This document shows positions 7,754 through 16,314 of a stretch of 64,000 bases of DNA, piece by piece (within the stretch, counting starts at the first letter, position 1; each line of letters starts with the position of its first letter). The stretch covers positions 2,430-66,429 of the forward strand of contig CANFQO010000002.1 in NCBI GenBank assembly GCA_947449135.1, read 5' to 3'. The position numbers were made by a program, and so were the translations under genes. The DNA comes from Planctomycetaceae bacterium. GTDB taxonomy: Bacteria > Planctomycetota > Planctomycetia > Pirellulales > UBA1268. Under the pieces are notes generated by a model, which was given only the letters and a program-made list of their open reading frames with translations, was not told the DNA's origin and did not search any database.

Positions 7754-8347
7754 ATGCGTTTTACTCTGCTTGATCGTGTCACCGCGATTGAACCCGGCAA
7801 GAGCATCACGGCCATCAAGACCCTCTCTCTGTCGGAGGAGTATCTGGCCGATCACTTCCCCTGTTTTCCAGTGATGCCTGGGGTGTTGATGTTGGAATCG
7901 ATGACGCAGGCCGCCGCCTGGGCCGTTCGCCTGGGCGAGGATTTTGCCCACAGTATCGTCGTGCTGCGGGAGGCACGGAACGTCAAGTACGGCGATTTCG
8001 TCGAACCTGGCAAGGTGCTCACCGTCACGGCGGAGATCCAGTCGCAGGACGAGCGATTTACCAAGATCAAGGCGAGCGGCTCCGTCGGCGACCGTACGAG
8101 TCTCACCGCCCGGCTGGTACTGGAGCGATACAACATGGCCGACCGCATTCCCTATGGGGATGCGGTCGACGCCCGTGTGCGGGCCGAGATGCGGAAACTC
8201 TGGGCCCTGCTCCACCCGGTGGCCAGGCAGGGTGGCGGCCAGCGGGACGGATACGGGGTACCGATCGCCGGGCTGCGGCCCCGGGAGGCGGTCGCCACCG
8301 CGATTCTGGCCTCCGCTGGGGCGGCCTCTGGGGCTGCGGGATCCTGA
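7754..8347 (+). CDS. FabZ/FabA-like hotdog-fold 3-hydroxyacyl-ACP dehydratase (copy 1), with an Ala/Gly-rich C-terminal tail
   Basis: The motif LADHFPCFPVMPGVLMLESMTQ contains the catalytic His and Glu. A GGAG SD lies 6 nt upstream of the ATG. Confidence 0.85.
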   Translation: MRFTLLDRVTAIEPGKSITAIKTLSLSEEYLADHFPCFPVMPGVLMLESMTQAAAWAVRLGEDFAHSIVVLREARNVKYGDFVEPGKVLTVTAEIQSQDERFTKIKASGSVGDRTSLTARLVLERYNMADRIPYGDAVDARVRAEMRKLWALLHPVARQGGGQRDGYGVPIAGLRPREAVATAILASAGAASGAAGS

Positions 8348-8516
8348 TCATCCGCAGCCGGTTCGTTCCCTGGCAGCCGCCGCAGCCGGGGGCTCTTCTG
8401 CCGATTTTCGGCCACGGAATGCAAAAAAACCGGATTCGGGTTCCCTTGCCGGCGGGCCGACACTAAAACTTTGAAGTCGGTCAGGTTTTTTCTCCCCGTT
8501 GCAAGGTGACACGTCG

Positions 8517-8903
8517 ATGCCGTCCCGAGATGAAATTTTTGAAAAAGTCAGGTCCGCACTCGTAGACGCACTGGGCGTTGACGAGGAAGACGTCTCCCCG
8601 AACGCGACCATGGTGGGCGACCTCGGCGCTGAGTCGATCGACTTCCTCGACATCGTCTTTCGCCTCGAGAAGGCGTTTGGCATCAAGATCTCCCGCGGGG
8701 AACTGTTCCCAGAGGATGTGCTTTCCAGTTCCGAGTACGTCGTCGACGGCAAGGTGAATGCCAAAGGCATCGCCACGCTCAAGTCGCGGATGCCGTTCGC
8801 GGACCTCGCGAAGTTTGAGCAGAATCCCAGTGTGCAGAACTTTGCGAACACCCTCACGGTCGAGGACATGGTTCGCTACGTGCAGAGCAAACTGTCTGCC
8901 TGA
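8517..8903 (+). CDS. Acyl carrier protein-like protein with a roughly 40-aa insertion (128 aa)
   Basis: The phosphopantetheine site GDLGAESIDFLDIVFRLEKAFGI and a helix-IV-like LTVEDMVRYVQSKL are separated by an extra segment, SSSEYVVDGKVNAKGIATLKSRMPFADLAKFEQNPSVQNFAN. ATG 8517 is preceded by AAGGTG. Confidence 0.8.
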   Translation: MPSRDEIFEKVRSALVDALGVDEEDVSPNATMVGDLGAESIDFLDIVFRLEKAFGIKISRGELFPEDVLSSSEYVVDGKVNAKGIATLKSRMPFADLAKFEQNPSVQNFANTLTVEDMVRYVQSKLSA

Positions 8904-8989
8904 CTGTCTGCCCACGCGTTCGATCGTTCTGTTGCTACGTCCTGGAACACGACCCCGGCAAAACGGCCTCGCTGCCGAACTTTCTCACT

Positions 8990-9490
8990 ATGCGCTGGTT
9001 TTGGATCGACAGGTTTGACGAGTTCGTTCGGGGCCGACACGCCACTGCGGTCAAGAATGTGTCTCTGGCTGAGGAGCACATGCATGACCACTTCCCGGGG
9101 GCGGCGTTGATGCCGAACTCGCTGATCGTGGAGGGCATGGCTCAGACAGCCGGGCTGCTCGTGGCGGACGCGATCGAGTACAACCGGCGCGTCGTGTTGG
9201 CAAAGGTCGCTCAGGCAGAGTTCCACTTTGATGCCGTGCCGGGTGACTCGATCCGGTTTCGTGCCGAGGTTCTTGACCTGAAGCCGGCTGGTTCGCTGAC
9301 GAAGGTTACCAGCACTGTGGGTGAGAGAGTGCAGGGGCAGGCCGAACTCTTCTTTGCCCATCTGGAGCCGGGGGAAGGCGTGCCGAAGCTGTTTGAACCG
9401 CACGAACTGCTGCGGTGGCTCGATCAGATGCATATTTACGACATCGGTCGCGACGAAGCGGGCAACCCGCTCGTGCGTCCTGAATGGTGA
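8990..9490 (+). CDS. FabZ/FabA-like hotdog-fold dehydratase (copy 2)
   Basis: The motif MHDHFPGAALMPNSLIVEGMAQ has His and Glu conserved. Its stop overlaps the next start (ATGGTGA). Confidence 0.85.
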   Translation: MRWFWIDRFDEFVRGRHATAVKNVSLAEEHMHDHFPGAALMPNSLIVEGMAQTAGLLVADAIEYNRRVVLAKVAQAEFHFDAVPGDSIRFRAEVLDLKPAGSLTKVTSTVGERVQGQAELFFAHLEPGEGVPKLFEPHELLRWLDQMHIYDIGRDEAGNPLVRPEW

Positions 9491-10818
9491 TCCCGACAGA
9501 CCCCAGTGATGGGCGGAGGACGGCGATGGTGGCCGGCAGGCGCAGGGTGGTGATCACGGGCATGGGCTGCATCACGCCGCTGGGCCTTGGTGTGGAACCA
9601 CTCTGGAAAAATCTGATGTCGGGCGCTTCCGGCGTCGGCATGACAACGGTGTTCGACGCCTCGCGGTTCCCAACGAAGATCTCGGCCGAGGTCCGCAATT
9701 GGGACATCAGTGACGAGGGACAGGACGCCTCTCGCTGGCGTTTCTGCGGTCGGCACACGAAATTCGCAGCGGGAGCGGCGCTTCAGGCCATGAAGGACGC
9801 CGGTCTGCTGCAGGGGCTTCCGGCGGACCCGGCACGGCTGGGTGTCTATCTGGGCAGCGGCGAAGGACAGCAGGACTTCGACTCCTTCACGCGGATGATG
9901 AATGCGGCCATCAGCGGCGACGTGCTTGACGTGGCAAAGTTCACGAAAGAGGGTCTGGAGACGCTCCATCCGCTCGCAGAAGTCGAGCAGGAGCCGAACA
10001 TGCCGGCCGGCCATCTCGCGGGCCTCTTCGATGCACAGGGGCCAAACCTCAACTGCCTCACAGCCTGTGCGGCTTCGAGCCAGGCGATCGGCGAGGCCGC
10101 CGAGATCGTTCGGCGTGGCGAGGCTGATGTGATGCTCTCCGGCGGCACTCACAGCATGATCCATCCGTTTGGAGTCACCGGATTCAACCTGCTGACCGCG
10201 CTTTCCACCCGCAATGACGAGCCAACTCGGGCAAGTCGGCCGTTCGACAACGAGCGGGATGGCTTCGTGCTCGGCGAAGGAGCGGCCATGGTGGTGCTGG
10301 AGGAGCTCGAGCACGCGAAGCGGCGGGGCGCCCACATCCACGGCGAGTTGATCGGCTACGGCTCGACCGCCGATGCCTACCGGATCACCGACACGCACCC
10401 CGAGGGTCGCGGCGCGTCGTCATGCATCCGGCTCGCAATGGCCGACGCCGGGCTTGGCCTCCACGACATCGACTACATCAACGCCCACGGCACGAGCACG
10501 AGCGTGAACGACCGGGTCGAGACACTGGCCATCAAGACCGTCTTTGGGGAGCACGCCTACAAGATCCCGGTCTCCAGCACGAAAAGCATGATGGGACATC
10601 TCATCGCAGCCGCTGGAGCCACGGAACTGATCGTCTGCCTGCTGGCGATCCGTGATGGCATGCTGCCGCCGACGATCAACTACGAGAATCCCGACCCCGA
10701 TTGCGACCTCGACTACGTGCCCAACAAGGCCCGCGAAGGCAGGTGCGAGCGGGCGCTCTCCAACAGCTTTGGATTTGGTGGGCAGAACATCTCGCTGATC
10801 GTCGGGCGGTATCGCTAG
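9484..10818 (+). CDS. fabF: Beta-ketoacyl-ACP synthase II-type condensing enzyme
   Basis: It shows a full-length KAS pattern: VVITGMGCITPLG, LNCLTACAASSQAIGEA (active-site Cys), INAHGTSTSVND and SSTKSMMGHLIAAAG (two His), and SNSFGFGGQN. Confidence 0.9.
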   Translation: MVIPTDPSDGRRTAMVAGRRRVVITGMGCITPLGLGVEPLWKNLMSGASGVGMTTVFDASRFPTKISAEVRNWDISDEGQDASRWRFCGRHTKFAAGAALQAMKDAGLLQGLPADPARLGVYLGSGEGQQDFDSFTRMMNAAISGDVLDVAKFTKEGLETLHPLAEVEQEPNMPAGHLAGLFDAQGPNLNCLTACAASSQAIGEAAEIVRRGEADVMLSGGTHSMIHPFGVTGFNLLTALSTRNDEPTRASRPFDNERDGFVLGEGAAMVVLEELEHAKRRGAHIHGELIGYGSTADAYRITDTHPEGRGASSCIRLAMADAGLGLHDIDYINAHGTSTSVNDRVETLAIKTVFGEHAYKIPVSSTKSMMGHLIAAAGATELIVCLLAIRDGMLPPTINYENPDPDCDLDYVPNKAREGRCERALSNSFGFGGQNISLIVGRYR

Positions 10819-10823
10819 AACGT

Positions 10824-10867
10824 ATCTGACTGAGATCTCGCACCGGCTTCGGGGGCGGCACAACGAG
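10824..10867 (+). repeat. GC-rich post-stop motif, copy 2
   Basis: It aligns with 2843-2887 and starts 6 nt after the fabF stop (10816-10818). Confidence 0.35.
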
Positions 10868-11065
10868 TGCCTCCGCCGCTCAAGCGGCAGATGAGCTCTG
10901 ACCCGAGGGCAGGAGATCCCGACTCTCCCTCTCATCTTGCCTGCCTTCGCGCCCGTAAGGTTTTTTCAACTGGTGCGGCCGGCACGACCGATACCGATGG
11001 TGATCGCGGTGGAGTCCGGCAGCGGTGTGCCGTCGGACCTCCCCGCCCCTCGGGAGCCCTCGCCG

Positions 11066-11557
11066 ATGAAACGTTCTGCCAGTTTCGCCCTCTTGATCGC
11101 CGTCTTCGGCATGTCGAGCGGCTGTTCGATCATTGACCGACTGTTCCTTGCCAACTTCGATGGTCCCTATGCCCATCAGGCCCGTCATCATGGAGGCGGC
11201 GGTGCCTGCCAGGATGGTGCGTGCCAAGACGGCGCTTGCCAGGATGGGGCCTGTCAGGATGGAGCGTGTGAGAGCGGTGCCTGCCAGGGTGGTGTCTGCC
11301 CGACGGGTGGTTGCAAAGGTGGCGCCTGCCAGGGCGGGGCATGCGAGGACGGAGCCTGCCACAAGCGGCACGTCGGCCGCTTCGGCGGCCTCGCCAAGCA
11401 TCATCTGAGCCCGGAGGAAAAAGCGGCCCTGGAATCATCTGACTACGGCGCCACCGGCCCCGCTGGCCCACCCTCCGGTGCCGTGGCCTATCCCTACTAC
11501 ACGACCCGCGGCCCGCGTGACTTTCTCGCCAAATGCCCGCCGTCCATCGGTCCGTGA
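11066..11557 (+). CDS. Small Cys-rich probable lipoprotein with G-x-C-x-x pentapeptide repeats
   Basis: The signal peptide MKRSASFALLIAVFGMSSGC has a lipobox-like Cys. Eleven pentapeptide repeats follow, flanked by His-rich segments. The C-terminus reads AYPYYTTRGPRDFLAKCPPSIGP. Confidence 0.65.
   Translation: MKRSASFALLIAVFGMSSGCSIIDRLFLANFDGPYAHQARHHGGGGACQDGACQDGACQDGACQDGACESGACQGGVCPTGGCKGGACQGGACEDGACHKRHVGRFGGLAKHHLSPEEKAALESSDYGATGPAGPPSGAVAYPYYTTRGPRDFLAKCPPSIGP
11201..11365 (+). repeat. Coding tandem repeat of 11 x 15 nt (GACQD x4, GACES, GACQG, GVCPT, GGCKG, GACQG, GACED, GACHK)
   Basis: The period of 15 nt was read directly. The units differ mostly at synonymous positions (ggt/ggc/ggg/gga, tgc/tgt, cag/caa, gat/gac). 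Confidence 0.9.
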
Positions 11558-11647
11558 GTGGGACGATTTTCTCAAGCGAGGATTTGCCGATAGGCTTTGC
11601 GGCCTGATCGGCTTCCTTCTTTTTCGCACGCTACCGGAGCCCACGCC

Positions 11648-13168
11648 ATGGCCGCATCCCCCGATTCCTTCGCCCGCACGAGCGGCCTCACACCTTCCGG
11701 TCGGCTCTCGACCACAGGCTGGCTGGTCTGTGCGATCGCTGCCATCGGCTTCGCCTTCGATATCTACGAACTGCTGATGCTGCCGCTGGTGATCAAGCCG
11801 GCCATCCGCGACCTGAGCAAACCACTAGTCGACGCGCTGGTGCAGGGGGGCATGTCCGCAGCCGACGCAGCAGCTCTCTGGAGCCCGGGTGGCCCGAGCT
11901 ACGTGGGCTGGGCACGGACACTGTTCTTCGTGCCCGCGATCGCGGGTGGAATCTTCGGGCTGATCGGCGGTTATCTCACCGACCTGCTCGGGCGGCGGCG
12001 GGTGCTCACATTCAGCATCCTGCTCTATGCCTTTGCCGCGTTGGCAGCGGGCTTCGCCACATCGCTTCCGCAGCTGCTCTTCTTCCGCTGTCTTGTATTC
12101 ATCGGGGTGTGCGTGGAGTTCGTCGCGGCGGTGGCCTGGCTGGCCGAACTGTTTCCCGACCGTGAGCAGCGTGAGCGGGTGCTTGGCTGGACGCAGGCCT
12201 TCTCGTCGCTCGGTGGCCTGCTCGTGGGCTCGGCAAATGTGCTGGCCGCTCGGTTTGCCGACATCCTTCCCGCGATCCAGGGTGGCCATGATGCCTGGCG
12301 CTACACGCTCATCTCCGGCGTGGTTCCCGCACTGCCGTTGATCCTGATCCGGCCGTTCCTGCCCGAGAGCCCCGTCTGGGCCGAGAAGAAGGCGGCGGGC
12401 ACTCTCAAGCGTCCCAGCATCCGCGAACTCTTCAGCCCCGCGCTCGTCCGCGCCACGGTCGTGACCACGCTGGTCTTCGCCGCGAGTTACGGAATCGCCT
12501 TCGGCGCTATTCAGCAACTGCCGCAGATTCTCGGCGGTCCGAAGGGGCACGCCGCCATCCTCCAGGCCGCCAAGGGGGCGCAGGCCGATGCCGTTGCCCG
12601 CGCACAGGAACGCGGCGAACAGCCACCCGCACCTGGCAAGCTGAAGAGCATCGCGGGCAATGCCAGCGATGAGGCGGTGGCGACGGTCACCATCTATCAG
12701 GAGATCGGTGGGTTGGTGGGCCGCGTGCTGCTGGCCTTCGCAGCCCTGCGGATCGTGGGCCGCCGGTTCCTGCTGCGACTCTTCCAGATTCCGGCACTCA
12801 TCATCGTGCCGCTGCTCTTCTGGTGGATTTCGACGCAATTGGGCAACGCCGGATCGCTGCCGTGGATCAAGGCGGGCATCTTCCTGGCAGGTCTGGTCAC
12901 GGTGTCGCAGTTCAGCTTCTGGGGCAACTACATCCCGCTCGTGTTCCCGACCCACCTTCGGGGCACGGGGGAGAGCTTCGCCGCGAACATCGGCGGCCGC
13001 GTGCTCGGAACGGCCGCCGCCTGGCTCACGCTCACGCTTTCTGCGGCGACGCCTCCCGATCCGGTGCGGATCGCGCTGGTGGGCGCCGGCGTGGCCGGAG
13101 CCTATGCACTGGTGGGCGCGATCCTCACGCACTGGCTGCCCGAGCCAGAGTCGGGCGTGGAGCACTAG
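11648..13168 (+). CDS. MFS transporter
   Basis: It has about 12 hydrophobic segments, a GYLTDLLGRRRVL loop motif (the MFS signature D-R/K-x-G-R-R/K) and a long central loop. The start is taken at ATG 11648. Confidence 0.85.
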   Translation: MAASPDSFARTSGLTPSGRLSTTGWLVCAIAAIGFAFDIYELLMLPLVIKPAIRDLSKPLVDALVQGGMSAADAAALWSPGGPSYVGWARTLFFVPAIAGGIFGLIGGYLTDLLGRRRVLTFSILLYAFAALAAGFATSLPQLLFFRCLVFIGVCVEFVAAVAWLAELFPDREQRERVLGWTQAFSSLGGLLVGSANVLAARFADILPAIQGGHDAWRYTLISGVVPALPLILIRPFLPESPVWAEKKAAGTLKRPSIRELFSPALVRATVVTTLVFAASYGIAFGAIQQLPQILGGPKGHAAILQAAKGAQADAVARAQERGEQPPAPGKLKSIAGNASDEAVATVTIYQEIGGLVGRVLLAFAALRIVGRRFLLRLFQIPALIIVPLLFWWISTQLGNAGSLPWIKAGIFLAGLVTVSQFSFWGNYIPLVFPTHLRGTGESFAANIGGRVLGTAAAWLTLTLSAATPPDPVRIALVGAGVAGAYALVGAILTHWLPEPESGVEH

Positions 13169-13223
13169 CTTCGACGTGTATAGTTTTTGAAGGTCTCGGC
13201 GGACGCTACCCGTCTCGCAGGTC

Positions 13224-13428
13224 GGGGGTGCCCACGCCCCATCGCCGGACGTTCGCTACGGGCATGCGGTTTTCGCGCCGTCGCCGCCGTCCCGGCGTCG
13301 TCTCCGGCTTACGTTCGCCGGGCGAAGCCCGGCTCCTTGCAGGCCTTCGCTCACTCGATGCTGACTGCGCTCCGGCATCCATGCCTGCGCTTGTCAGCAA
13401 CGCCGGCTCATGGGGCATGAGCACCCCC
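13224..13428 (-). repeat. Structured intergenic repeat element, copy 1 (205 nt, 19-bp terminal stem)
   Basis: The ends GGGGGTGCCCACGCCCCAT and ATGGGGCATGAGCACCCCC are inverted complements (17/19). It has an internal hairpin at 13360-13398. It shares two conserved blocks with 53602-53732 and carries an extra insert of about 75 nt. Confidence 0.7.
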
Positions 13429-13521
13429 TCCCGAGGCCTGATTCAGCAGGCACGGGCTGCTTGAACGGCCTCCGCATACGTCGAGCGGCTTTTGCCCCGA
13501 CGGTGCTTCACTCAAGACGAG

Positions 13522-13983
13522 TTACTCCAGGCTCGTGCGGGGCGCGCGGGGAGCTTCGTCTGGTAGTGTCGGTATGGACCAGATCACGAAGAGCCCGACG
13601 GTCACCAGCCCCAGGGCGACGTATCGAAGCCACCAGGGGAGGCTGTTGAGCAGCAGGCTGCAGCCGACGACCGCGGCCACCATCAGCACGGCCCGGTACT
13701 TCACCGTTCTGCGGATGCCGTGATAGTGCTGCCAATCATCGAGCGTGGGCCCAAACCACTTCGAGCGATGCAGCCAGGCATGGATGCGGGGTGAGCCGCG
13801 GTAGAAACACCAGCTGGCCAGCAGCAGAAAAGGAGTCGTGGGAACGAGCGGGAGGATGGCGCCCACCACGGCCAGCCCCACGCAGAACCAGCCTCCGGCG
13901 ACGTAGAGGAAACTTTGGACGGGATCAGTGGTGGGGCGGAGGTCCATGCAGGCTGCGTCCGTCAGGCTGGGCGGGCGAATCAC
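13522..13983 (-). CDS. DUF454 (YbaN-like) inner-membrane protein
   Basis: GAILPLVPTTPFLLLASWCFYRGSPRIHAWLHRSKWFGPTLDDW is the characteristic YbaN N-terminal pattern. Hydrophobic helices are present. Confidence 0.8.
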   Translation of the reverse strand: MIRPPSLTDAACMDLRPTTDPVQSFLYVAGGWFCVGLAVVGAILPLVPTTPFLLLASWCFYRGSPRIHAWLHRSKWFGPTLDDWQHYHGIRRTVKYRAVLMVAAVVGCSLLLNSLPWWLRYVALGLVTVGLFVIWSIPTLPDEAPRAPRTSLE

Positions 13984-14084
13984 GGGGATTCTATCACGTC
14001 GGTTTTTTCCGTATGCTCTGAAACCGCCCGGCCCCCGTTTGCCGCACCGTTCCTCCCTCCCCGCTCATCATCGGAGACACTCCC

Positions 14085-15125
14085 ATGCCGCTCGTCCCCA
14101 TGCGCATCCTGCTCGATCACGCCGCCGAGAACGGGTACGGCATCGCCGCCTTCAACGTGAACGACATGGAACAGATCCAGGCGATCATGGAAGCGGCCAA
14201 GGAAACGGAGTCGCCGGTGATCGTGCAGGCTTCACGGGGCGCCCGCAGCTTCAGCCAGGACAACTATCTCCGCCACCTGATGCTCGCCGCCGCTGAGCTC
14301 TATCCGTGGGTTCCGATCGCGATGCACCAGGACCACGGCAACTCCACCGCCACCTGCATCAGTGCCATCGACAACGGCTTCACGAGCGTGATGATGGACG
14401 GCTCGCTCAAGGAGGACGGCAAGACGCCGGCCGACTACGACTACAACGTCAAGGTGACGAAGGAGGTCGTGAAAATGGCCCACGCGCGGGGCGTGTCGGT
14501 CGAGGGTGAGCTCGGCTGCCTCGGTTCACTCGAGAGCGGTCACGGCGAAGCGGAGGACGGGCATGGCGCCGAGGGGCAGCTCTCGCACGATCAGTTGCTC
14601 ACCGATCCCGCCGAGGCCGCGTCGTTCGTGGCCGACACAGGAGTCGATGCGCTTGCCGTCGCCATCGGCACCAGCCACGGTGCCTACAAATTCACTCGGA
14701 AGCCCGATGGTGAGGTGCTGGCGATGAAGCAGATCGAGGAGATCCACCGCCGTCTGCCCAACTGCCATCTCGTGATGCACGGTTCATCGAGCGTGCCGCA
14801 GGAGTTGCAGGACATCATCAACAAGTACGGCGGCAAGATGCCGCAGACCTGGGGCGTGCCGGTGGAGGAAATCCAGCGGGGCATCAAGCACGGCGTGCGG
14901 AAGATCAACGTCGACACCGACTGCCGGATGGCGATCACGGGCGCCGTCCGCAAGGTGCTCTGGGAGTCCCCCGAGAAGTTCGATCCCCGCGATTATCTCA
15001 AGCCGGCCCGCGAGGCGATGAAAAAGGTTTGTGCCGAGCGGATGGTGCAGTTTGGCCAGGCCGGCAACGCCCGCAAGGTGCCGGTGATCACGCTCGACGA
15101 GATGGCGAAGCGGTACCGGGCATAA
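14085..15125 (+). CDS. fba: Class II fructose-bisphosphate aldolase
   Basis: [74 protein letters not shown] and HGSSSVPQE are all class II FBA hallmarks. Confidence 0.95.
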   Translation: MPLVPMRILLDHAAENGYGIAAFNVNDMEQIQAIMEAAKETESPVIVQASRGARSFSQDNYLRHLMLAAAELYPWVPIAMHQDHGNSTATCISAIDNGFTSVMMDGSLKEDGKTPADYDYNVKVTKEVVKMAHARGVSVEGELGCLGSLESGHGEAEDGHGAEGQLSHDQLLTDPAEAASFVADTGVDALAVAIGTSHGAYKFTRKPDGEVLAMKQIEEIHRRLPNCHLVMHGSSSVPQELQDIINKYGGKMPQTWGVPVEEIQRGIKHGVRKINVDTDCRMAITGAVRKVLWESPEKFDPRDYLKPAREAMKKVCAERMVQFGQAGNARKVPVITLDEMAKRYRA

Positions 15126-15161
15126 AGCGACGGCGGCCCGTCAGTCCCGGGAAAAAACGCG

Positions 15162-15190
15162 TTGCGGTGTTTGCCTAGTCGGCCTATAGT
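15162..15190 (+). promoter_or_regulatory. Sigma-70-like promoter candidate (TTGCGG-N17-TATAGT) upstream of kdsD
   Basis: The hexamers and the 17-nt spacer were read directly, 51 nt upstream of ATG 15241. Planctomycete promoter rules are poorly known. Confidence 0.3.
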
Positions 15191-15240
15191 CCCGCCCCCG
15201 CGCGGCGGTTCCGCGCGCAGGCCCCCGGCTGGACTCCACC

Positions 15241-16314
15241 ATGACTGCGACACCGTCGCTCCCGATCGACGATTGCCGATCGCCCTCCGATGCCGACGTG
15301 CTCGATCACGGCCGCGAGATCCTTCGCGCCGAGGGGGACGCCGTTCTGCGGATGGCCGATGCGCTCGACGCATCGTTCTGCAAAGCGGTGCGGATGATCG
15401 CCGGCTGCACCGGCAAGGTTGTCGTCACAGGCATCGGCAAGGCCGGCCTCGTCGCCCAGAAAATTTCGGCGACACTCGCCTCCACAGGCACTCCCAGCCA
15501 CTTCCTCCACCCGGCCGAGGCGATGCACGGCGACCTCGGCGTGCTCCGCCGCGATGACATCGTGCTCGGTTTGTCGCAGTCGGGTGAGACGGAGGAGATC
15601 ACTCGGCTCCTGCCGCATCTGGCCGCGGCGGGCGTAAAGATCGTCGCCCTCACCGGCAGAACCGATAGCACGCTCGGACGCGCGGCAGAGGTCGTGGTGG
15701 CCACGGGCCCCGTCCGCGAGGCCTGCGTGCTCGGATTGGCACCCAGCACGAGCACGTCGATTCTGCTGGCGCTGGGCGACAGCCTGGCGCTCGTGACCAG
15801 CAGCCTGCGCCGGTTCACGCACGAGGACTTCGCCGCCCGGCATCCGGGCGGCAGCCTGGGGAGGCAGTTGATGCGGGTTGATGAAGCGATGCGACCGCTG
15901 GCCCAGTGCCGGACGGCCAGACCGGATGAGACGGTGCGGGCCGTGTTCTCGCAGCCGCTGCCGTCACGGCGGACCGGCGCGGTGATGATCATCGATGCGG
16001 ATGGCATGCTGGCCGGCATCTTTACCGACAGCGATCTGGCCCGGCTCTTTGAACGTCGCAACGACGCCGCGATCGATGGCGCGATCCGGGGAGTGATGAC
16101 GAACCGGCCGACCACTGTGACGGCGGGCACGCGACTCCGCGACGCCGTGGCGGTGCTCGAGTCACGGCGTCTGAGCGAACTCCCGGTGGTCGATGCCGAC
16201 GGACGACCCGTTGGGCTCCTCGACATCGTTGACCTGGTCGGCCTCACGTCCCCCGAACCCGTTGCCGCCACCGTTGACGAGTCAACGCCGCTGCCAGGAT
16301 CCGCCGCTGCGTGA
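15241..16314 (+). CDS. kdsD: Arabinose-5-phosphate isomerase (KpsF/KdsD family, SIS domain plus two CBS domains)
   Basis: The SIS motif is GKVVVTGIGKAGLVAQKISATLASTGTPSHFLHPAEAMHGDLG. A C-terminal CBS pair is present (VMIIDADGMLAGIFTDSDL, LPVVDADGRPVGLLDIVDL). Confidence 0.9.
   Translation: MTATPSLPIDDCRSPSDADVLDHGREILRAEGDAVLRMADALDASFCKAVRMIAGCTGKVVVTGIGKAGLVAQKISATLASTGTPSHFLHPAEAMHGDLGVLRRDDIVLGLSQSGETEEITRLLPHLAAAGVKIVALTGRTDSTLGRAAEVVVATGPVREACVLGLAPSTSTSILLALGDSLALVTSSLRRFTHEDFAARHPGGSLGRQLMRVDEAMRPLAQCRTARPDETVRAVFSQPLPSRRTGAVMIIDADGMLAGIFTDSDLARLFERRNDAAIDGAIRGVMTNRPTTVTAGTRLRDAVAVLESRRLSELPVVDADGRPVGLLDIVDLVGLTSPEPVAATVDESTPLPGSAAA

Noticed and set aside
11825-13165. 446-aa minus-strand ORF opposite the MFS transporter
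   Set aside because: It is a shadow ORF with Arg/Gly/Glu-rich composition. The plus-strand frame has transporter topology and motifs.
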